NCBI GenBank assembly: GCA_025451235.1
Contig: JANWKT010000020.1
Span: 48,032 to 112,031, forward strand
Length of the DNA: 64,000 bases
Direction of reading: 5' to 3'
DNA from: Flavobacteriales bacterium
GTDB lineage: Bacteria; Bacteroidota; Bacteroidia; CAIKAF01
Shown here: positions 56,673 to 64,000 of the stretch, one piece after another
Numbering within the stretch: position 1 is the first letter of the stretch
Layout of the letters: each line of letters opens with the position of its first letter
Made by a program: the position numbers and the translations under genes
Notes under the pieces: generated by a model
Seen by the model: only the letters and a program-made list of their open reading frames with translations
What the model was told of the DNA's origin: nothing
Database searches by the model: none

Positions 56673-58760
56673 ATGGATGAATCGCGGTATTTTAACAGGG
56701 ATATAAGCTGGCTATCCTTCAATTACAGGGTTTTGCAGGAAGCCATGGATCCATCTCTTCCCATTTATGAACGGATAAAGTTCCTGGCCATCTACAGCAG
56801 TAATCTTGACGAGTTTTTTAGGGTCCGGGTTGGGGTGATCAGGCATTCTTTAACGATTTCTAAAGAGAGAGAAAAGGCAGAATTACTCCTCAGCCAAATC
56901 AATGAAATAGTGGATTCACAACAAAAAGAATTCGGCTATGTTTTTAGAGAAACAGTTTTACCTGAACTGGAACGGAATGGGATCCGGCTTATCTTGGATG
57001 GACATTTTACCAAAAAACAACAGAGCTTTTTAAAACAATATTATCAGGAAGAACTCATTTTTCATGTTCAGCCGATCTTATTGGTAAAAAATAAAGTAGT
57101 TCCATTTCTGCAAAATGGATCCATATATTTATTGGTTGCACTTACCAGTAAAAGAAAAAAAGCCTCTAAAACCGGTAAGTCAGCTAACACCGCTACGAAA
57201 AGAAGAAAATATGCCATTTTAAAAATTCCCAGTGATGTGGCTAAAAGGTTTGTTGAACTACCTGCCGCCAATAGTAAGTTCTGTATTACCTTCCTGGATG
57301 ATGTGATCAGGTTCAACATGGAAGAGATCTTTAAGGGATATGACATTGAATTTGCGTATAGTATTAAATTATCCAGAGATGCAGATCTTCATATTGAAGA
57401 TGAATTCAGGGGAGATTTAGTGGAAAAAGTAAAGAAGAGCCTGGGCAAAAGAAAAACAGGTGAACCCAGCAGGTTTTTGTATGATGAGAAAATGCCTAAG
57501 GATGCAGTTAGTTTTTTGAAGACCACTTTTAAGCTCAAAAAGAACGAAATGATTGCAGGTGGCGGGTACCATAATTTCTATGATTTTTTCAAGTTCCCAA
57601 ATCCACTATCCCCAGCATTGGAAAGTTTCCCAAGATTACCATTAAGACTTCCACATTTCGATAGCTTCCCATCTATGTTCGAGGCGATCAAAACCAAAGA
57701 CTGGATACTTCATTTTCCTTATCAGAACTATGATTACGTGTTAAGGTTTTTAAACGAGGCTTCCTTCGATCCCAAGGTTTTCGAAATTAAAGCTACTCAA
57801 TATAGAGTGGCTCCTGAATCAGGGATTGTAAATGCGTTGATCAATGCTGCCAGAAATGGGAAAAAAGTGACGGTTTTTGTGGAAGTAAAGGCCCGATTTG
57901 ACGAAGAAAGTAATATGAGGTTCGCCCAGCAAATGGCATCAGCCGGGGTAAATATTATTTATAGTTTGCCAGGTTTGAAAATGCACGCCAAAGCTATCCT
58001 GGTATCGCGGGAATCAGGCAACAGAAGAGGAGTAAGACAATATGGCTATTTGAGCACTGGCAATTTTAATGAGAGTACAGCAAAAATATATGCCGATCAT
58101 GGTTATTTTACTTCTACGTACGAAATATGTGATGAGTTAACTTTATTCTTCAAGGAACTTGAAAAACGCACCAATGAAATTTCTTTTCAACAGCTCCTGG
58201 TGGCCCAATATAATATGGTCCCTCGGTTACACGAGTTGATTGACAGAGAAATAAAAAATGCAAAAAACGGGAAGAAAGCAAATATCGTGATCAAGCTCAA
58301 CAACCTGGAAGATGAAAGTATGATCGATAAATTATACGAAGCATCTATAGCCGGAGTAACCATTGAGATTATTGTTAGAAGTATTTGCAGAGTGATCCCC
58401 AATCAAACTTTTTCAAAGAATATACGGGTAAGAAGAATTGTAGATCAATACCTGGAACATGCCCGTATTTGTGTTTTCTACAATGGAGGAGAGGAAGAGG
58501 TTTATTTATCATCCGCTGATTGGATGAAAAGAAATTTATTGCACAGGATCGAATTAGGTTTTCCCATCAATGACCCCACCTTAAAAAGTGAGTTACTTGA
58601 GATTATTCAATTGCAATTGAAGGACAATACCAAAGCCCGTATTATTGATGAGCACCTCCGCAATATTCATCCACCTAAGGTCGGCTTAATTCATCGGTCG
58701 CAATCCGAAACATACGAATTATTAAAAAACAAATATTATCAAGTCTTCGCAGACGATTAA
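56673..58760 (+). CDS. ppk: Polyphosphate kinase 1
   Basis: YFNRDISWLSFNYRVLQEAMDPSLPIYERIKFLAIYSSNLDEFFRVRV and PLD-like HxK motifs. Length ~695 aa. Confidence 0.9.
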   Translation: MDESRYFNRDISWLSFNYRVLQEAMDPSLPIYERIKFLAIYSSNLDEFFRVRVGVIRHSLTISKEREKAELLLSQINEIVDSQQKEFGYVFRETVLPELERNGIRLILDGHFTKKQQSFLKQYYQEELIFHVQPILLVKNKVVPFLQNGSIYLLVALTSKRKKASKTGKSANTATKRRKYAILKIPSDVAKRFVELPAANSKFCITFLDDVIRFNMEEIFKGYDIEFAYSIKLSRDADLHIEDEFRGDLVEKVKKSLGKRKTGEPSRFLYDEKMPKDAVSFLKTTFKLKKNEMIAGGGYHNFYDFFKFPNPLSPALESFPRLPLRLPHFDSFPSMFEAIKTKDWILHFPYQNYDYVLRFLNEASFDPKVFEIKATQYRVAPESGIVNALINAARNGKKVTVFVEVKARFDEESNMRFAQQMASAGVNIIYSLPGLKMHAKAILVSRESGNRRGVRQYGYLSTGNFNESTAKIYADHGYFTSTYEICDELTLFFKELEKRTNEISFQQLLVAQYNMVPRLHELIDREIKNAKNGKKANIVIKLNNLEDESMIDKLYEASIAGVTIEIIVRSICRVIPNQTFSKNIRVRRIVDQYLEHARICVFYNGGEEEVYLSSADWMKRNLLHRIELGFPINDPTLKSELLEIIQLQLKDNTKARIIDEHLRNIHPPKVGLIHRSQSETYELLKNKYYQVFADD

Positions 58761-58765
58761 ATGGT

Positions 58766-59035
58766 ATGCAACTAACAGTAGAGATCAGCCTATATCCCCT
58801 CACAGAGAATTTCGAACAAGTAGTGATCGATTATATTGGGGAAATTAAAAAAACTCCAGGCATAAAAGTGGAAGTAAATGGGTTAAGCACCCAGGTATTC
58901 GGCGAATATGAGCTAGTGATGAAAACACTTGCATCGGTGAACAAGTCTGCTTTTGAGAAAAATAAATGTGTTGTGCTCATGAAAATGGCCGCTGGAGAAA
59001 AAACGGTTGAGAATTTGCCGGAGGCATTGAAGTAG
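58766..59035 (+). CDS. MTH1187/YkoF-family small protein (putative thiamine-binding)
   Basis: MQLTVEISLYPL…E.V……IK..G.K.EV..L.T.V.GE pattern, 89 aa. Confidence 0.55.
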   Translation: MQLTVEISLYPLTENFEQVVIDYIGEIKKTPGIKVEVNGLSTQVFGEYELVMKTLASVNKSAFEKNKCVVLMKMAAGEKTVENLPEALK

Positions 59036-59048
59036 GGTTAATTTTCAC

Positions 59049-59125
59049 CGAAGTACGAACTTGTACAAACCTACGAACGATTCAAGGTACGGTTCGTAAG
59101 TTGGTATTATTTTATTCGTACTTCG
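59049..59125. repeat. Array of four TACGAAC-containing motifs (two direct, two inverted) forming nested inverted repeats
   Basis: cgaagtacgaac (59049-59060) pairs with ttcgtacttcg (59115-59125). The inner pair is ctacgaacg / cggttcgtaag. It lies between convergent genes. Confidence 0.4.
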
Positions 59126-59165
59126 ATGGAGATAAAGAGATATAGCGGAATACTGGATCAGTTTC

Positions 59166-59867
59166 CTATAAATAATTCTTCAACTCCGCTAAATGATGAA
59201 TAGAAGGATGCTCCAAACCTTCTACATCTTTTTGGCCATGGTTATACCAAACAGCATGTAACCCTGCATTGGCGGCCCCTTTTACATCGGTTTCGAGATC
59301 ATCACCGATCATTACCGAAGAATGAGCATCGGCATTGGCAATTTTTAAAGCATAAGCAAAAATTTTAGGTTCAGGTTTTCTCTTTCCTACTTTTTCACTG
59401 GTGATTACTTTGCTGAAATATTGTTCAATCTTAGAATTGCGCATTTTCAACGATTGAACCTCTTGAAAACCATTGGTAATGATATGTAAAGGATACTTTC
59501 CGGATAAATAATCCAACAACTCCGCCACTCCTGGCATTAAAGCTGTTTTGGTAGGGCTAATATCTACATATCTTTTCCCCAGTTTTTTTGAGAGCTGACG
59601 ATCAACGATCCCAAAGTCTTTTAGCGTTAAATAGAAACGTTGGTGTCTCAGTAGGTCCTTTTTCATTTGGTTTTTGCGGTACATGTCCCAACAATATTCA
59701 TTGCAGCGGAAATAGACAGGTAGAAATTTTTCCAACGTCAAACCAATATCTGTCAACTTAAACTCCTCGTACAAGTCGGTGATCGCATCTTTTGAATTGG
59801 TTTCGAAATCCCAGAGGGTATGATCGAGATCAAAAAAGATATGTTGTATGGTTTGGCCTTTAAACAA
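59166..59867 (-). CDS. HAD-superfamily hydrolase, subfamily IA (YjjG-like nucleotidase); start uncertain
   Basis: Motif I (HIFFDLDHTLWD) and a C-terminal GDD motif. The longest frame (to 59939, GTG) overlaps the upstream gene by 80 bp. A TTG at 59867 gives the usual short N-terminus. Confidence 0.65.
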   Translation of the reverse strand: MFKGQTIQHIFFDLDHTLWDFETNSKDAITDLYEEFKLTDIGLTLEKFLPVYFRCNEYCWDMYRKNQMKKDLLRHQRFYLTLKDFGIVDRQLSKKLGKRYVDISPTKTALMPGVAELLDYLSGKYPLHIITNGFQEVQSLKMRNSKIEQYFSKVITSEKVGKRKPEPKIFAYALKIANADAHSSVMIGDDLETDVKGAANAGLHAVWYNHGQKDVEGLEHPSIHHLAELKNYL

Positions 59868-60342
59868 CCTTAATGGAATTAAAGATCTCAAGGATAGCCG
59901 ATCCGAAGCCGGCATAAATAAATGACCATATGACCACACTGATAAATAAGTATAGAAATATTTTCTTTTTGTTCTTATAATACCTCATGGCTATAAAACA
60001 ACCAATGGGGATTGAAAGCAGGATGGGGGTGAGGATCGCTATACCTGCTAATCCGAAACGGCCTTTCAACCTTACCCATCTCCTTGTTCTCTTGGAGAAC
60101 TTTTTTCTGGGCTTTTTCCTTTTAAACCAACCTGTTTTTCTTTTGAACCAATTCCAGATACGAAGGATACCAGAACTTAGATACATAAAAACAATGATCC
60201 CAAATGTGCCGGAGGCTATTCCAAATAAAACGGATTCCCAAAAAGATAATTTTTCGCTGAGAATAAAAAAGGGAACCGTAATAGCAAATTTAAAGGATGC
60301 TATTAAAACCGCAATAACCAGTTCGAGCCAGGTAGTTTCCAT
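59860..60342 (-). CDS. Small hypothetical membrane protein (4 predicted TM helices) with a basic loop KRKKPRKKFSKRTRR
   Basis: ORF flanked tightly by upp, whose stop overlaps this start, and by the HAD gene. Confidence 0.5.
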   Translation of the reverse strand: METTWLELVIAVLIASFKFAITVPFFILSEKLSFWESVLFGIASGTFGIIVFMYLSSGILRIWNWFKRKTGWFKRKKPRKKFSKRTRRWVRLKGRFGLAGIAILTPILLSIPIGCFIAMRYYKNKKKIFLYLFISVVIWSFIYAGFGSAILEIFNSIKVV

Positions 60343-60992
60343 TATAATTTTACTCCATAAGCAAGGTCCCCGGCGTCTCCCAATCCTGGAATAATATAGG
60401 ACTTGGCATTGAGTTCAGGGTCTACTGCTCCAATCCAATAACTAACGTCAGCTGGTAAATGATGACGGGTATGGTTCAACCCGTCTTCGCTAGCGATTAC
60501 AGAAACAATATGGGTGCTTTTTGGCATTCCTCTTCTCTCGGTAAGGATCTTCCAGCAACTTACCATGCTCATTCCTGTAGCTAGCATAGGATCGCAAAGG
60601 ATCAAAACCTTATCCTGTAAAGAAGGTGCCGACATATATTCCACCTCGATATGGAACTTAATATCCGTATCATGTTTTCTATAAGCCGAAATGATGGCAT
60701 TTTCTGCCTGATCAAATGTTTCCAGTAAACCTTCGTGCAAGGGTAACCCTGCCCGCAAAATTGTTCCAAGAACAATTTGATCATCACAAATACTTTGAGT
60801 GGCAATTCCTAACGGAGTTTGCACTTCCATTGTAGTATAATTCAACTTCTTGCTGATCTCATATCCCATATGAAGACCTATTCTGCGCAAATTATTTCTA
60901 AATCTCAGGCTGTCCTTCTGCACCTCGATATTTCGAAGCTCTGCAATATAATTATTGACGATGGTATTATCGTTGGAAAAAAGGTGAATCAT
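60342..60992 (-). CDS. upp: Uracil phosphoribosyltransferase
   Basis: …ILRAGLPL…, PRPP-binding VLILCDPMLATGMS, and C-terminal IIPGLGDAGD. Confidence 0.9.
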   Translation of the reverse strand: MIHLFSNDNTIVNNYIAELRNIEVQKDSLRFRNNLRRIGLHMGYEISKKLNYTTMEVQTPLGIATQSICDDQIVLGTILRAGLPLHEGLLETFDQAENAIISAYRKHDTDIKFHIEVEYMSAPSLQDKVLILCDPMLATGMSMVSCWKILTERRGMPKSTHIVSVIASEDGLNHTRHHLPADVSYWIGAVDPELNAKSYIIPGLGDAGDLAYGVKL

Positions 60993-61060
60993 CGGGTGTT
61001 TCTTTTACGATCTAAATGTATACAAATTTAAGGAACCCGAGGTTATGAATGGACCTTTTA

Positions 61061-61945
61061 TTAAATTTTAAATTTTTTATACTCGTTCAGGTAATAGTCA
61101 ACATCCTTGCCACCAAAGCCTTTATAGAAACGTGCCACAGACTCGGTATTGGATCCTCCAAAGTCAAAAAAATCGCATTTGTTGATATGATCATTGATCT
61201 CTGAGTCGATCAAAAAATGCATGGCTCCTGAATTCTTTCCCTCATTCGTTACAGCACCTTTGTAATAAGTAACGGTTTTTCTCCATGTTAAAAAATATCC
61301 GATGGCTAACAAAATTTCTCCATCATATACACCGGTAATATGTCCATCGTTTTTTTGGAGCCAATGTATCATCAGTTTTCGGAGCAAAACATAAGAGTCC
61401 TCATTTATATTTTCTATTTGGTCCCCTTTATTTTCTTTAAAGGTGTTGATCACCAGGTCTACATCCGATACTTTTTTTATTTCTATGCCCTGTTTTACAG
61501 CTTTTTGTCGATTCCTCTTTGTATTCTCATTATATTCTTTCCGGACATCTTCCATATTTTTACCGGCCAATCCAAGTTGCTGGTATTTCCACAAGGTAGG
61601 TTTTATTAAATTTCCTTCAGCGGGTTGGAAATAAAACATTTTTACCCACCAGGAATGTTGGATCATCTCCTCCAACATCTTCTGTTGAATCTGAGGATCC
61701 TCCTCATTTCCAAAAATACCCAAAGGCCCCATGAACTGGGGGTGCCAGGAATAAGTAAGTCCGAGTTTTTTCTTTTGGGGAAGGGCCAGCACCCATTGGT
61801 AATCATTATAGATGATCCCAACCCATCGATCGCAAGCCATACAAATAGAATCGTATAAGCCATAAATATTCCCATTCTTACCTGAATGGATACAAGCATC
61901 CCATTTTGTTCTATTGATTTTTTCAAATGGAACTACCTGGATCAT
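61061..61945 (-). CDS. FemAB/Acetyltransf_6-like acyltransferase-fold protein
   Basis: C-terminal …GAMHFLIDSEIN…DFFDFGGS resembles the FemAB-family ending (…yDFGG). Confidence 0.4.
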   Translation of the reverse strand: MIQVVPFEKINRTKWDACIHSGKNGNIYGLYDSICMACDRWVGIIYNDYQWVLALPQKKKLGLTYSWHPQFMGPLGIFGNEEDPQIQQKMLEEMIQHSWWVKMFYFQPAEGNLIKPTLWKYQQLGLAGKNMEDVRKEYNENTKRNRQKAVKQGIEIKKVSDVDLVINTFKENKGDQIENINEDSYVLLRKLMIHWLQKNDGHITGVYDGEILLAIGYFLTWRKTVTYYKGAVTNEGKNSGAMHFLIDSEINDHINKCDFFDFGGSNTESVARFYKGFGGKDVDYYLNEYKKFKI

Positions 61946-63252
61946 TCCGAAACCGATTTTACCATCCTTTCAAAACCATCTTTCCAGCCAGCATATTCTG
62001 GCCATGGAGCAAATGAGCGGTCATGCCATACAAATACAAACAAGCCTGACACTTTTTTCACTTCTTCCATGATATCGATCATGGAGTTAGTAGCCGAAAT
62101 GGCATCCATTTTTTTATAGTCCCGGTACTGAGTATCCATTACCTGGAATGGAACAATCATCAAAGAAGTGATCTCTTCAGCTTCCAAGTCATAGAAAGGA
62201 TAGGGTTCGGCAATGCAAGCTCTGAAACCAGGACGGTCGGGGTAGCCCATGCTATAATCCTTTTTAATTCCACAACTGATCAAGTGGCGGTAAGTATCAG
62301 GAAATTTTAATTTGATAAAATGCTGTCTGCTATGTCGTACTCTTTTTCTCAGAATTTTACTCAAGGCCCTGATCTCAAGTTTCAATATGGCCACATCGGT
62401 GTTCGAGGCATACGATGGATGAATTCCCACCTTACCGCAAAATCTCAGTTTCCTGATCAGTTTCTTAAATGAGATGGAAGTTATATCCAATCCATGGTCA
62501 TGCTCCCCCTTACTTGCACATAAGGCAAAATAACGAAGGGGAATGCCATAATTGGTGCATACTTTTTTCTGGAATTTATAATAATTAAAAGGGTCCTTTT
62601 TGTTTCCGGTGATCACATGGGTCCTTTCCATGGCCGATTTGAATTTAAACCTCAAAATATCCTTTACATAGGCCCCAAACGTTCTGATCGACCCTTTTCC
62701 TCTATACGCATAGCCATTGTCTACATCAACTGTGGCCAATGCTCTGAAACTTTTCTCGGGAAACTCAAACTCAGGAAATTTTGAAGATAGTTTATCTTTT
62801 ACTTCCTCAGCCCAATAATGCACCATGGGTTTCAAATAAAAATCATGCTGGATCGAAAATACTTTGTCAGGAACAAATCTGCCATATTGATCGGTTTCCT
62901 GAGATAAGTATTCTTCATAACGGCTCACCATATAAAAAACAGCCGCCAATGGATCATAAGTAAAGTCCTTACTTCCTTCCACCGGAAAAATAGCCTTGCT
63001 GTATTGACCATCGGTAATTCCAGGAAATTCAGGTTTGATCTTTAATTGAAAAAGAAATCCGGAGGGAACAATATGCAGTCCTTGCTCAAGTGCATCATTG
63101 CTATAATTGATCTTGGCTCCTTTGGTAGATAAAAAATAGCCTACATTATCCGTATAATTTACAGGCATCTCCAGTTTCAAAACATGGTTAAAGATCACCT
63201 GAGCTGCAAATTGCAGCCTGGGAGTCATATGTTGGCTATAGATAAGGATCAC
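61942..63252 (-). CDS. Polysaccharide-deacetylase-like protein (divergent)
   Basis: TVDVDNG (DxD), HPSY and RQHF motifs are reminiscent of the NodB-type metal-binding triad. Overlaps its neighbours by 4 bp and 0 bp. Confidence 0.35.
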   Translation of the reverse strand: MILIYSQHMTPRLQFAAQVIFNHVLKLEMPVNYTDNVGYFLSTKGAKINYSNDALEQGLHIVPSGFLFQLKIKPEFPGITDGQYSKAIFPVEGSKDFTYDPLAAVFYMVSRYEEYLSQETDQYGRFVPDKVFSIQHDFYLKPMVHYWAEEVKDKLSSKFPEFEFPEKSFRALATVDVDNGYAYRGKGSIRTFGAYVKDILRFKFKSAMERTHVITGNKKDPFNYYKFQKKVCTNYGIPLRYFALCASKGEHDHGLDITSISFKKLIRKLRFCGKVGIHPSYASNTDVAILKLEIRALSKILRKRVRHSRQHFIKLKFPDTYRHLISCGIKKDYSMGYPDRPGFRACIAEPYPFYDLEAEEITSLMIVPFQVMDTQYRDYKKMDAISATNSMIDIMEEVKKVSGLFVFVWHDRSFAPWPEYAGWKDGFERMVKSVSE

Positions 63253-63253
63253 T

Positions 63254-64000
63254 TTAGCGAGTAAATTGTTTGACTGTTTGCTTTAAATATAAGGTAAAGT
63301 TAAAATTAATTAGATTCCGTGCCTTATTGTTTTTAATGTCATTTTCAATCACCCTATATGCTTTTTTCAAGTCAATCTTGAATATGGGTACTCCGTTCAA
63401 TTCCATTTTTACCAAGGCTCCTGCATCCTGCAACGGTTTTTCGAGGCTATTCAGCACAGGAATATATCCATTCTTCTTGGCGTATATCTTAAATTCTTTT
63501 TTTTCGGTAAGTCCTTTCAAGTCGGTAAATTCGAAGGGATACAGTTTTGTTTCCCGGTACCCCACATTTAATTGTTGTTCTACATAATGGGCAAAAGTAA
63601 ATCCGTAATATAGTTCCAGGTCGATAATAAGTAAGGTACCTCCTATTTTGTATAAATAATCAAAAACTGAATGAGGTCCGAATGTATCCGTATTGGAATA
63701 AGTGGCCTCAGTTATTCTATTCGACTCCTCACCGAAAATGAAAAAAGAATGAAAAGGATCGTTCGTCCTTGTGCATTCATTTTTTTTGAACAATGTAAAT
63801 GCCTGTTTCGACAATCCACCGGTTTCGGGTTTCAGCGTTCTCATATCCACCTTGGTTCCAGGTTTCAATGTGTTTACAAAACCAGGTATGAGCAGATTCC
63901 CAGCGGATAAATGATCCTTGAAGGAAGATATGAACGCCTGGGGCTTAAATTCTCCCTCCTTCCGAATGGTGGCCAGCATCAAACGTGAAACATCCGACAC
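63254..64000 (-). CDS. AAC(3)-family N-acetyltransferase-fold protein; partial, N-terminus beyond the window end
   Basis: …TRTNDPFHSFFIFGEES…HSVFDYLYKIGGTLLIIDLELYYGFTFAHYVEQ parallels the AAC(3) blocks (RS.HP..SFAA.G…SPL..LYELDG.VLLLGV…NTS.HLAEY). Confidence 0.55.
   Translation of the reverse strand: MSDVSRLMLATIRKEGEFKPQAFISSFKDHLSAGNLLIPGFVNTLKPGTKVDMRTLKPETGGLSKQAFTLFKKNECTRTNDPFHSFFIFGEESNRITEATYSNTDTFGPHSVFDYLYKIGGTLLIIDLELYYGFTFAHYVEQQLNVGYRETKLYPFEFTDLKGLTEKKEFKIYAKKNGYIPVLNSLEKPLQDAGALVKMELNGVPIFKIDLKKAYRVIENDIKNNKARNLINFNFTLYLKQTVKQFTR

Noticed and set aside
59868-59939. Extended GTG start of the HAD hydrolase, overlapping the upstream membrane-protein gene by 80 bp
   Set aside because: The conserved motif I (FFDLDHTLWD) normally lies 5-10 residues from the N-terminus. 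A TTG at 59867 gives that spacing with only an 8-bp overlap.
1-64000. CRISPR arrays, tRNA, rRNA, transposase, integrase, toxin-antitoxin or restriction-modification genes
   Set aside because: I looked for regularly spaced direct repeats, tRNA T-arm motifs (GGTTCGAAtCC), and transposase/integrase-like ORFs, and found none. The only repeat structures are the palindromic intergenic elements listed above.

Overview
A 64 kb chromosomal segment that looks like a Bacteroidota genome carrying a type IX secretion system (T9SS): AT-rich, lipoprotein signals, and seven proteins ending in recognisable T9SS C-terminal sorting domains (CTDs). It is mostly housekeeping and cell-envelope genes, packed tightly on both strands: dnaA, gltX, ppk1, upp, mpl-like, mscL, folB, ubiE, an aspartate-type aminotransferase, trmN6-like, a low-molecular-weight protein tyrosine phosphatase, SCO1 with a cytochrome c, di-haem cytochrome c peroxidase, a TonB-dependent receptor, an MBOAT/AlgJ-like pair, ComEC, and a sodium:solute symporter. 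Interleaved are many secreted proteins: five with type-A CTDs, two with type-B CTDs, and three von Willebrand factor A (vWA) domain proteins. I found no rRNA, tRNA, CRISPR array, transposase, integrase or obvious defence island. The more unusual content is threefold. First, tandem paralog pairs: Kelch-like T9SS cargo, type-B CTD proteins with swapped N-terminal domains, and double-Usp proteins. Second, a signal-peptide-plus-CTD-only mini-protein. Third, several structured non-coding elements: orphan intrinsic terminators suggesting small RNAs, a GC-rich nested palindrome, a ~150 bp nested inverted repeat, and heptamer arrays near ccp and near a HAD gene. Domain calls rest on motifs I read in the ORF translations; no database searches were run.
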